Assembly (NCBI RefSeq): GCF_900095195.1
Contig: NZ_LT606950.1
Coordinates: 456,164-488,163, forward strand
DNA from: Polynucleobacter necessarius
Lineage (GTDB): Bacteria > Pseudomonadota > Gammaproteobacteria > Burkholderiales > Burkholderiaceae
Length of the DNA stretch: 32,000 nt
Direction of reading: 5' to 3'
Part shown: piece after piece, positions 17,742 through 26,615 of the stretch
Position numbering within the stretch: the stretch's first letter is position 1
Layout: each line of letters begins with the position of its first letter
Program-made: the position numbers and the translations under genes
The notes under the pieces: model-generated
Told to the model about the DNA's origin: nothing
Database searches by the model: none
Seen by the model: only the letters and a program-made list of their open reading frames with translations

Positions 17742-18008
17742 ATGATGAAGATCGATCGTTTATTGTGCTCTAGCGCCATCATTTTGACTGCTGCCGCATG
17801 TTCAACGCCGCCCAGTCAGTTTGGGATGTATCAGCAATCGGATGGAACCGTTGGCGTACATGCGCCAAAGGATGCCAAGGAAAGCGAAGCTCAGGAAGTG
17901 GCAACCGCTGAGTGCAAGAAGCTTGGAAAAAGAACGGCAACGATTATGGATAGTCGAAAAACAGTCAATGACCGCTTTCCGATGACTTACAACTATTTGT
18001 GCCGCTAA
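17742..18008 (+). CDS. Small lipoprotein, hypothetical
   Basis: The N-terminus is MMKIDRLLCSSAIILTAAAC with lipobox LTAAAC. ATG 17742 is preferred over ATG 17718, which abuts the tRNA 3' end. Confidence 0.55.
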   Translation: MMKIDRLLCSSAIILTAAACSTPPSQFGMYQQSDGTVGVHAPKDAKESEAQEVATAECKKLGKRTATIMDSRKTVNDRFPMTYNYLCR

Positions 18009-18009
18009 T

Positions 18010-18426
18010 TTAACTCAGCAACCATTTCTTGATGGACTTGTTCACGCACATAGCATCTAGGGCAAGACCAAAAAATTCAGAACCGTTCGTGACCATGCTT
18101 TCAATGGCCTCGACTTTTCCAGATTTGATGCCTCTTAAATAGGTGGCGACGCGATAGCGCAAGAAGTGCTCTGTTTCACCATCTTCATTTTCAGTGGTGC
18201 AAAGTTCTAGACTGCCGTAGCGGGTTTCAGGATTGATATTCAGAGTCGATAGACTCAATGTGCCTACGAGTTTCTCTGGGACAGGAATGGGCACATAGGA
18301 GTAGAGGGAGATCAACATTTCTTCTTCATCGACCTCAATGATGTGATCGATATCTAATACATCTTGCTCGGTGAGTTCGGTTTCTCCAGAATCACCACCT
18401 CCAAAGGTGGATTCAAACTGCAACAT
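18010..18426 (-). CDS. Hypothetical acidic cytoplasmic protein (possibly YbjN-like)
   Basis: The 138-aa ORF shows no lesions and has a strongly acidic N-terminus. The family assignment rests on vague pattern resemblance only. Confidence 0.45.
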   Translation of the reverse strand: MLQFESTFGGGDSGETELTEQDVLDIDHIIEVDEEEMLISLYSYVPIPVPEKLVGTLSLSTLNINPETRYGSLELCTTENEDGETEHFLRYRVATYLRGIKSGKVEAIESMVTNGSEFFGLALDAMCVNKSIKKWLLS

Positions 18427-18630
18427 TGCAGTATTGCTACCTTAGGAAATTTCAATCATGTTTGGATAGCCTAATAAACCTTTCCACCAATACATTAGTG
18501 AAAATGTGCAGGGGTTGACCTCAACCAAGCCTTTGCTAGTGGATTTTGCGAAGTAGAGACCATAAACTCATCATCCTTTTCCAAGCCGTATTGATCGACT
18601 TTAGGCGACTTTGTTGCCCCCTTTTTTTAG

Positions 18631-18840
18631 TTACTTTTTAGCGGCTGGTTTCTTCGTGATTACCTTTTTGGTAACGACTTTCTTGGCAGCAGGTTTTTTG
18701 GCCGCCACCTTCTTGGTAGCAGGTTTAGATGCCTTTTTAGCTAATGACTTTCCAGATGGTTTTTTGGCAGACACTTTTTTGACCGCTTTTACTGCTTTAG
18801 TAGCTATTTTCTTTTTTACTGCTGACTTTTTGGTAGCCAT
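18631..18840 (-). CDS. Histone H1-like Lys/Ala-rich DNA-binding protein
   Basis: The 69-aa protein MATKKSAVKKKIATKAVKAVKKVSAKKPSGKSLAKKASKPATKKVAAKKPAAKKVVTKKVITKKPAAKK consists of repeated AKKxxxKK units, as in bacterial H1-like nucleoid proteins. AAAGGA lies upstream of the ATG. Confidence 0.75.
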   Translation of the reverse strand: MATKKSAVKKKIATKAVKAVKKVSAKKPSGKSLAKKASKPATKKVAAKKPAAKKVVTKKVITKKPAAKK

Positions 18841-19073
18841 AGTTCAATCCTTTATGAGGTGATTCTTGATGGTGATGCTCAGTACTTACCGTATTACTGC
18901 AAATTGTTTGCAAAATGATTAAATCAGCCTGAGGTCAACCATGCTAATTACCAGAGTAAAAATAGGGTTGAATGGAAATATAAATTTTTTTGAATGTATT
19001 GTTCTTGGTAATTCAGGTTGCTACACTGTAACTGGGCAGTATTGATTAACTTAATTCCATAAAGAGAGATTTC

Positions 19074-19292
19074 ATGTTTCCCGAATATCGCGACTTAATT
19101 ACCAAATTAAAAACAACGGATCGTCATTTTTCACATTTGTTTGATAAGCACAATAATTTGGATGCCAAGATCTTGCGCATGGAGGGTCACCAGGAGCCGA
19201 GCACTCCAGAGGAAATCGAAACCCTCAAGAAAGAAAAACTATTGCTTAAAGACCAGATTTATGCAGTACTTAAGAAAGCAAGCGCAACCTAG
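19074..19292 (+). CDS. DUF465 (YdcH-like) protein
   Basis: The 72-aa ORF MFPEYRDLITKLKTTDRHFSHLFDKHNNLDAKILRME...LKKEKLLLKDQIY follows the classic DUF465 pattern. Confidence 0.8.
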   Translation: MFPEYRDLITKLKTTDRHFSHLFDKHNNLDAKILRMEGHQEPSTPEEIETLKKEKLLLKDQIYAVLKKASAT

Positions 19293-19300
19293 ATAAGTTA

Positions 19301-19650
19301 CTAAGCTTTCTTCAAGAAGCAGGCTTTGAGCAGCATATTGCCTGCTTCTGTTTTGTAGTCGACCTCATGATCGCCTGACACAAGGCGAATTCCTTTGATT
19401 TTGGTGCCGACTTTAAGGGTAGTTGATGAGCCTTTTACCTTTAGGTCTTTTATAAGGGAAACAGTATCACCATCACTCAAAAGATTGCCGTTGGCATCTT
19501 TAACAATTAACCCTATCTCTTCCTCAGAGATAGCCTGCATCGGCCATTCATGGCCACATTGGGCGCAAACATAATTGTCCCCATCGGGATAAGTCATATC
19601 TTCCTGGCAGGAAGGGCATTTTGGGAAATTTTCGGTGCTCGTTGCCCCAT
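19301..19650 (-). pseudogene. phnA: PhnA zinc-ribbon protein with a frameshift just after the start codon
   Basis: ORF 19301..19597 encodes the PhnA C-terminal domain (IVKDANGNLLSDGDTVSLIKDLKVKGSS...). PhnA homology continues upstream in the same frame (GATSTENFPKCPSCQEDMTYPDGDNYVCAQCGHEW) back to a TAA. The only upstream ATG (19648-19650) is out of frame across a G4 run (atggggca). The first CxxC of the zinc ribbon is therefore not reachable from an ATG. Confidence 0.6.
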
Positions 19651-19679
19651 TTTAATCTAGCCATTTAGAATCAAGGTAA

Positions 19680-21501
19680 ATGAAAAGAGTAATTAAAGTT
19701 TGCCTATATGCATTGCTGCCTTTGGTGCTGGTCGCTCTACTTGCAGTCTGGTATATATCTACATCGATTAAGCCAGATCAATTAACCCAATTGATTGGCT
19801 CTACTGTTAAATCCGCCACAGGCCGTGACCTGAAAATTGCTGGCCCTGTGAGCCTGCGGCTCTTTCCTTCGATTGGTATTACTGCACAGCAGGTTTCTCT
19901 GAGTAATGCTCCTTGGTCAGCCAATTCAGAAATGCTTAACGTAAAGCGAATGGAGTTCGATATTGAGCTGCTGCCTTTGTTAAGAGGGGTGGTAGCGTTC
20001 AATACTATCAACTTTACCGGAGTGGATGCTTTGCTTCAAACCAACAAGGCAGGAGAGGGTAATTGGAATTTTGATTCTTCGCAAACGTCGAATCTAGGTC
20101 CAGCCATTGCTTCACAATCTGTTGACAGCGCAACTTCTGCTCAAACGGATTCATTGCGTATTCAGAACATCAATGTGGCGGATGCAAGAATTCAATACCA
20201 TGCCTATGGATCTTCTCCCAAGCTGTTTCAAGCCTCTAGCTGTCCTTATCTGGCGGAAGTAATAAAAACAGTATTTCGGGGCAAGTCCAGTATGAAAACT
20301 ATCAGTTAGGTATTAAAGCGAAAACGGGCAATCTACAAGAGATTTTGAATCAATGGGATGTGCGTCCTGTCAAAATGCCTGTCCAACTCAATCTCTCTGT
20401 GAATGGAAAGGTTTTGCAGGTTGATGGAGAGACTGATAAAAGGCCAAACATTGAGCCAAGCTTTAGCCTGCAGATACAGTCAAAATCGTTTGAATTTGCA
20501 CCCTTGGCAGGGTCGGCTGTGATTGCGGCATCAAGCCCCTCTAATAAGTCCAGCTCAGTAGCAATACCATCATCAGTAAATTTTTCTTTAGCGATGACGT
20601 GCTGCCGTTTGAAGTAATGCCTCAAGCAAAGGGTACGCTATCTGTTGATATAGATGAGCTGGGTATCTCAGGGCAATTACCAGTTACGGGCTTAAAAGGC
20701 AAATTTGTATTTAATGGCTCAAATATTGGTGTGAGCGCCCTCAGGTTTGGGGTTGGCAATAAAGGTGCTGTCGAGATTCAAGAAAATCTCTCAGAATTGC
20801 AAAGTGCCAATTCGACAGTATCGCTAAAAGGCATTGCCCAGGGATTTACTCTGGAACAGCTGATGGACATCCTGGGTTCGTCGGCAAAAGTCAAAGGAGG
20901 GGCCACTGAAATTGCATTGAACTTGCGTAGCTCTGGCATCTCATTGCATCAATTGCCAGGAAAAGCAAATGGAGCAGTGCGAATTGCGATTGCCGAAGGC
21001 GTATTGGATGCAAGCATTGTGAATGCAGGTGGCGATTTATTGAGTACGGTTGTGAATGCCGTTAATCCGATGCGAAAACGAGCTGACCAAACGACTTTGG
21101 AGTGTGCGGTAGCCTATTTACCGTTGAATAACGGCGAAATTATTTTGAATAATTCATTTGGCGTAGTTCACTGATCGTCTGAATATGACGATGTCAGGCT
21201 CGGTTGACTTAAAAACAGAATTTCTCAATATTAAGATCGACCTAAGAGTCGGTCGGGTTTAACAACGGGCGTCAATCTTGGTGGTTTAGTGCAGTTGTAG
21301 GGAACCTTAATGAACCCACAGGTAGGACTTAACAAAGAGGGTGTCGTCAATAGTGCCGTATCGATTGGATTGGGAATATTGACGGGCGGTGCAACTGTTT
21401 TAGCTGAAAACGCGAAGTCGTTGGCGACCAAGAATACGGTTCAGCCTTGTAAAACCGCACTGCACTCTTGGTCGGATATCTATCCTGGTGTAAAGAATTA
21501 G
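19680..21501 (+). pseudogene. asmA: AsmA-family outer-membrane biogenesis protein, multiply frameshifted
   Basis: An N-terminal anchor and AsmA domain occupy frame 0 (MKRVIKVCLYALLPLVLVALLAVWYIS...LKIAGPVSLRLFPSIGITAQQVSLSN). Homology then hops frames near 20230, near 20580 (an aaatttttc run), near 21170 and near 21255. An in-frame TAG sits at 21298-21300 (LVQL*GTLMNPQV). The AsmA C-terminal region is recognisable (CAVAYLPLNNGEIILNN...). Confidence 0.85.
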
Positions 21502-21845
21502 AAAACTAAGCCGCTGACAAACAGGCTGAATAGTGAAATAAAAATGCTGGCAAAAAAAGCGGTCCAAAAGCTGGATACCGTGAAGCCTGATACTAGTGCG
21601 CCAACAAGCATCAACACCAACGCATTTACCACTAACAGAAAAAGCCCCATGGTGACTACTGTTAGGGGTAGCGTGAACAGGATCAGCAGGGGTTTGACTA
21701 CAGCATTCGCAAAGCCCAGAACCAAGGCCGCAATCAATAAGGAGCCACCATCTGCAAATTTAATGCCGCTGAAGATATAACTGGCCACCCAGAGCGAAAG
21801 GGATGTTAAGCTCCACTGGACCAGAAATAGCGTTAAGTTGTTCAT
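21498..21845 (-). CDS. DUF360 / phage holin family IV-type membrane protein
   Basis: The 115-aa ORF has four hydrophobic helices and the motif region GFANAVVKPLLILFTLPLTVVTMGLF. It is intact. Confidence 0.75.
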   Translation of the reverse strand: MNNLTLFLVQWSLTSLSLWVASYIFSGIKFADGGSLLIAALVLGFANAVVKPLLILFTLPLTVVTMGLFLLVVNALVLMLVGALVSGFTVSSFWTAFFASIFISLFSLFVSGLVF

Positions 21846-21927
21846 GATGGGATCATCAAAATGATTAATAGCAAAGATGATTAACGGCGCATTCAGAATA
21901 CGATAGCGCTTCTATGGTAACAGCCGA

Positions 21928-22128
21928 TTAATAGTGCGGTGGGATTTCATCTTTGAGGCTGGTGGCGCCATGCCCGCCAGAGCTGGCCTGTTCTTTCGTT
22001 GCCTTTAACTCACGATACAGAAATTCAATTTGTTATTTCTGTTTGTAAACTGTCTCATTAAGTTTTCCAATAAGGTCTTCAGCAAAGCTGAGCTTGATTT
22101 CGAGATTGGTGATTCTGTCCTCAGTCAT
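21928..22128 (-). pseudogene. slyX: SlyX-family coiled-coil protein with an in-frame TAA
   Basis: MTEDRITNLEIKLSFAEDLIGKLNETVYKQK is followed by TAA at 22033-22035. The same frame continues QIEFLYRELKATKEQASSGGHGATSLKDEIPPHY to TAA 21928-21930. This matches the SlyX pattern (RIxxLExKxAFQExxIxxLNxxVxxQQxxI). Confidence 0.8.
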
Positions 22129-22140
22129 TTTTGATTTCTT

Positions 22141-22362
22141 CTAGTGGTTAGCGAGCTCGAAGCGGCCATCTTCCATCTCTGATTGTGGCCTGATCCAAAA
22201 ATCATGAGATTGCATGGACTCATAGACATAGGCTGGTTCAAGAGTGGTTTCAATATTTGCCAAGAAAATGACCCTATAAAAACCACCGGTCTTGATATGT
22301 CTGAGTTTTGTCCCTGGTTTATATAGGCCATCATCGGGGTTGGCCATTTTGGGTTTACTCAT
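22141..22362 (-). CDS. DUF1653 protein
   Basis: GLYKPGTKLRHIKTGGFYRVIFLANIETTLEPAYVYESMQSHDFWIRPQSEMEDGRFE fits the DUF1653 pattern. The start may be ATG 22347. Confidence 0.7.
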   Translation of the reverse strand: MSKPKMANPDDGLYKPGTKLRHIKTGGFYRVIFLANIETTLEPAYVYESMQSHDFWIRPQSEMEDGRFELANH

Positions 22363-22539
22363 TTCTAATCCTTAAAAAGGATATCAGTAGATTCTAGACT
22401 GTGGCACGATAGTCGGCGCTAATCATGACCCCGTCTTTCAGGGCTCTACTTGCAAGTGCCAGGATTGCATTATTAATATGCTGGGCTTAGAGGAGTAAGC
22501 CAGATCCAAAAACCTGATCATCTGGGTCTTGGCATTGCC

Positions 22540-23188
22540 ATGGTGCTGCTGGTACGGTGCTTTACTGGCGCGGCATATATTGGGACTAGTAGCTACGTCA
22601 TGATGACAAATTCTGAGTTTCCCGCAAAGTCTGTTGGGGAATTTATAGCGTTAGCTAAAGCGAATCCAGATGCCTATAACTATGCAAGCGCTGGAAATGG
22701 TAGTGCCTCGCATCTAGCGATGGCCTATTTCGATAGCATGGCTGGAATTCAGCTAGTGCACATAACCCACCAAAGGGGCTGGCGATGCAATTGCCGAGCT
22801 CTTAGCTGGTCGCGCTCAAGCTGTGATTGCGGCCAATGTTGCGGCACTGCCTTTTGCCAATGACCCAAGAGTTCGCTTTTTAGGAGTTTCCTCCGAGAAG
22901 CCTTCACCTTTTGTTCCTGGCGTTCCACCAATTGGTAATACCGTGAAGGGGTATGTTTTTGATAGTTGGTTCGGTCTTTTGGCCCCTGCTGGCACGCCTA
23001 TTTCTGTGATCGGCAAAATGTAGTCCGAAATGGGTAAATTGCTTAAACAACCTGAAATCATTGAGCGTATGCGTCGCCAAGGGATCGAGATAGGAAATTT
23101 AACTTCTGCTGAATTCAATCAACTTTTAGTTCGGGACTATGTTCGGATGGCGAAGGTGGTGAAAGTCTCCGGTGCTAAGACGGATTAG
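22540..23188 (+). pseudogene. Bug/TctC-family solute receptor: 5'-truncated, frameshifted, with an in-frame TAG
   Basis: Homology starts mid-protein (IGTSSYVMMTNSEFPAKSVGEFIALAKANPDAYNYASAGNGSASHLAMAYFDSMAGIQLVHI) with no signal peptide or N-terminal half. A frameshift near 22770 leads to KGAGDAIAELLAGRAQAVIAANVAALPF...LLAPAGTPISVIGKM. TAG at 23021-23023 is followed in frame by SEMGKLLKQPEIIERMRRQGIEIGNLTSAEFNQLLVRDYVRMAKVVKVSGAKTD. Confidence 0.85.
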
Positions 23189-23203
23189 TTGTCAGTTAAT
23201 TCT

Positions 23204-23325
23204 ATGACCCGAATTACTGAATTACGTTTGCCTCTTGATCACGGTATAGATGATCTTGAGCTTGCTCTTCTAAAGAGATTAAGTATTCCATAGAAAGATC
23301 TAATCTCATTCAAGATCTTCAAGCG
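23204..23325 (+). pseudogene. N-terminal ~40-codon remnant of a COG2509-type FAD-dependent oxidoreductase
   Basis: MTRITELRLPLDHGIDDLELALLKRLSIP, then TAG at 23291-23293, then KDLISFKIFKRSY. This matches the conserved N-terminus of the family (ITELKLPLDH...FxIFKRSYDARKK). The remainder is deleted. Confidence 0.55.
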
Positions 23326-23829
23326 TAGCTATTCTGCGTTGAGCATACTGATTCCAATGCACGAGTTTCCAGTCATCTCTAGGATCCCATCGTTTTTGCA
23401 TACGTGCTTTTGCTTCACTTTCCTCAAGGACAATCCAAGCAATGGAGATCTTGGTTTGCGGTGGAATTCCTAATGCATCAGGATTCAACATTCTGCCACT
23501 CTGAATTTCCCGGGAAAATGGTCCAACCAGAATCACGTTAACTCCTAGAAGTAGGTTTTCTCGGGCAATATCAAGCAAACCTTGGTATTCCCAATCGCGG
23601 AGATTTTCAAGATAGTAGGGGCTATCTCGATCATTGGGTTTGGGTGATCAACTCCATGACATGAGCGCTATACGAGCCATACGCTGTGTCTTTATCCAGA
23701 AAGAAAAAGTCTTCGCTTGTCCTTTCAATGATTAGAGGGAGGGCTTTTTGACCAAGGTCGACTTACCAGTTCCTGCGTGACCAGCAAAAAGAATGAGGCG
23801 TGGGGCGGTTGGGGTAAGTTTGCAGACCA
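23306..23829 (-). pseudogene. P-loop kinase-like ATP-binding protein (AAA_33-like), frameshifted
   Basis: MVCKLTPTAPRLILFAGHAGTGKSTLVKK contains a Walker A motif. At least two frame changes follow (ALPLIIERTSEDFFFLDKDTAYGSYSAHVMELITQT / PNDRDSPYYLENLRDWEYQGLLDIARENLLLGVNVILVGPFS...). Only the last 90 codons form a track ORF. Confidence 0.6.
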
Positions 23830-23897
23830 TGTAACGCTAGTCTCGCAGAATTTCTTGGAAATTTCTTCCATTTTTTGGAAGAGACGATAATGTCGCC

Positions 23898-25811
23898 ATG
23901 GCTTTAATCGTACTTACTGATGCAAAACTGGCTTTTGGCCACGTTGATCTTCTTGCAAATACTGCATTCTCACTGGAATCTGGTGAACGTGTTGGCTTAA
24001 TCGGTCAAAATGGCACCGGTAAATCCTCTCTATTAAAAATTTTGGCTGGTATTGAAAAGATGGATGATGGTCTTTTGCAATATCAGCAGGGTCTACGTAT
24101 CTCATACGTTCCTCAGGAGCCGATTTTTGAGGCCAAAGAAACCATCTTTGAGGCAGTCTCAAAGGGTGTTGCGGAAGCAAAAGCACTCAGAGAAGAGTAT
24201 GGGGCTCTGAGCGTAGGCGATTGGGATGATGATGCTCATCACCGTTTAGATGAAGTGCAATCCAAACTTGAGGCATTGAGCGGTTGGAACTGGGAGCAAC
24301 GCGTGCATGAAACGCTGGATCGCCTCCATTTGGATGCAGACCAAAAAATTAGCAACTTATCGGGGGGTACCAAGATGCGAGTGGCATTGGCTCGTGCACT
24401 CGTCGAAATGCCTGATGTCCTGCTATTAGATGAACCAACGAACCATTTGGATTTGGATTCGATTGCGTGGCTGGAGGAGTTGTTAAAAGAATACCAAGGT
24501 TCCGTAATATTAATTACCTACGATCGTGCATTCTTGGATAACGTATGCACGCAAATCGTAGAGTTGGATCGCGGTATTTTGCGAAGTTATCCTGGAAACT
24601 TTACGCAATATGAAGTTCTCAAGGAACAAGAGCTCAATGCCGAGTCCTTGGCTAATGCGCGTGCAGATAAATTATTGGCGCAAGAAGAGGTGTGGATTCG
24701 GAAAGGCGTTGAAGCTCGTCGCACTCGCAGTGTTGCCCGTATAGCTCGCTTAGAAAAGCTGCGTGCAAGCCGAGCTGAGCGCAGAGATGCGATGGGGCAG
24801 GTGAAGATGGCGGTTTCTGCTGGAGAGCGTAGCGGCAAGATTGTTGCGGAGCTGGAGAACGTCTGCAAGTCATACGATAGACCCATTGTGAAGGATTTCA
24901 CAGCGACGATATTGCTCGGCGACAAGGTCGGGTTGTTGGGTCCGAACGGTGCTGGTAAAACCACCTTACTCAAATTAATTCTCGGAACAGTTAAGCCTGA
25001 TTCAGGTACCGCCACGATGGGAACACGTATTGAAGTGGCTTATTTTGATCAAATGCGTGAAGGCTTAAATCTCAATGCCTCGCTAGAGGATTACATTAGC
25101 CCTGGTAGCGAGTGGATTGAGATTAATGGCAATAAAAAACATGTCAAAAGTTATCTAAGTGATTTCTTATTCGCACCTGAGCGTACAAATTCTCCAATAA
25201 GCACTCTGTCTGGTGGCGAGCGCAATCGCCTGCTGCTAGCCCGCTTGTTTGCCCGACCAGCCAATGTCTTAGTGCTCGATGAGCCCACTAATGACTTAGA
25301 TATTGATACCTTAGATTTGCTGGAGCAATTATTGCAAGACTATAAAGGGACTGTTTTCTTAGTCAGTCATGACCGTTATTTCTTGGACAATGTTGTTACC
25401 AGCATCATTGCGCATGAGGGTGATGGATATTGGCGTGAGTATGAAGGTGGTTATGAGGATTGGAAGATTCAAAAAGCCCGCTCAGAGCAGATTCGTGCGA
25501 ATAAAAATACGGCTAAGCCATCAACGAAATCAGAGACAAAAGCCCCCCGCACCCGAATCGAAAGCGGCCCCTAAAGGTAATGTGCAAAAGCTTAATGGCA
25601 AAGAGCGGCAAGAATTGGAATCGTTGCCTCAGCAAATAGAGGAATTGAAGTCTGAGCAGGCTGATATTGGAATTGAAATGAGTAATCCCGATCTATACAA
25701 GAATGATCGGGAATTAGCAGCGAGTATGCAGGCGCGCTTAGCGAAGTTACTGTTCAGTTAGAGCAAAAACTGCAACGCTGGGAGCAGCTTTTAAGCCGCT
25801 CCGAATCCTAA
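23898..25811 (+). pseudogene. uup: ABC-F ATPase Uup with two frameshifts in the C-terminal coiled-coil region
   Basis: Two ABC cassettes are present (GQNGTGKSSLLK / LSGGTKMRVALARAL / LLLDEPTNHLD; GPNGAGKTTLLK / LSGGERNRLLLARL / LVLDEPTNDLD). Frame 0 holds up to the C6 run 25543-25548. Frame 1 then reads KPPAPESKAAPKGNVQKLNGKERQELESLPQQIEELKSEQADI...MQARLA. After about 25741-25745, frame 0 resumes with EVTVQLEQKLQRWEQLLSRSES, ending at TAA 25809-25811. Confidence 0.85.
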
Positions 25812-25818
25812 GGGTTGC

Positions 25819-26138
25819 TTATTCCCCGCGCTTGAGGCGGGCACGTAACCCTGCTATCTCATCGAGTAGATCCAGCGCTAAAGCGACTCCGGGAACATTC
25901 AACTCGAGATCATGGGTTAAGTGAGCGGCCGTCTTGGCGCGTCTTAATGAATCGCCGCCAAAGCGCCATTTTCTGGAGAAGAGCCAGAGGGGCTAAGGAC
26001 TCCCTCGGTTACCCAAGACATAATTAATTCTTCCGGTGTACGGGATGCATGAGAAAGCTCCACAATGCTCATATGCACTTCATTCTCAACGACGCTTCCC
26101 TCAATCCAAGTAATGTTGGTGGTATTGATATTTGTCAT
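25819..26138 (-). pseudogene. cbpM: Chaperone-modulator CbpM (MerR-like), frameshifted
   Basis: The frame MTNINTTNITWIEGSVVENEVHMSIVELSHASRTPEELIMSWVTEGVLSPSGSSPEN breaks at about 25965. The conserved tail WRFGGDSLRRAKTAAHLTHDLELNVPGVALALDLLDEIAGLRARLKRGE lies in the adjacent frame and ends at TAA 25819-25821. Confidence 0.8.
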
Positions 26139-26142
26139 GGCA

Positions 26143-26615
26143 TCATCCCTTCAAATGCGTTCTTGGGTTGAAATCAAATGCTTTCTCAAATTGCTGGTAT
26201 GCCTCTTTAAGTGCATCGGTATCCGCTGGAGGTAGGGTGATAGTCGGAACTACAAAGAGGTCACCAGATTCTGCGCTAGGAATCCCCTTGCCCTTTAAGC
26301 GCATCTTGCGTCCCGCAACAGTCCCCGCCGGAATCTTGAGTCCAAGGTAGAGCCTGAGGAGTGGGGACATTTACTGTGGTGCCCAACGCGGCTTCCCATG
26401 GCGCCAATGGAATATCGATAAAGATATCTTTACCATCCACGCGGTAAATGGGGCTTGGGTGAAATTCAATTTCTAAATACAAATCCCCGGCGGGGCCTTC
26501 GCCGATACCAGGGCCACCTTGTCCCGATAAGCGCAGATTTTGTCCAGCCTTTATTCCTTTTGGAATGCTAACGGCTAACTTGCGCTCTTGAGTGCTGACA
26601 TGACCCTGAGAATTA
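26143..26615 (-). pseudogene. cbpA: Curved-DNA-binding DnaJ homologue CbpA: J domain and N-terminal half deleted, frameshifted
   Basis: Only the C-terminal substrate-binding region is present: GNSQGHVSTQERKLAVSIPKGIKAGQNLRLSGQGGPGIGEGPAGDLYLEIEFHPSPIYRVDGKDIFIDIPLAPWEAALGTTVNVPTP. After a frameshift near 26350 it continues LKIPAGTVAGRKMRLKGKGIPSAESGDLFVVPTITLPP...FDFNPRTHLKG. Homology begins abruptly at about 26615. Confidence 0.85.

Noticed and set aside
18611-18862. 83-aa plus-strand ORF overlapping the histone-like gene
   Set aside because: It is a mirror ORF created by the repetitive AAG/GCN composition. It has no RBS, and the plausible product is on the minus strand.
24587-25015. 142-aa antisense ORF inside uup
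   Set aside because: It is a shadow ORF opposite clear ABC-F cassettes.
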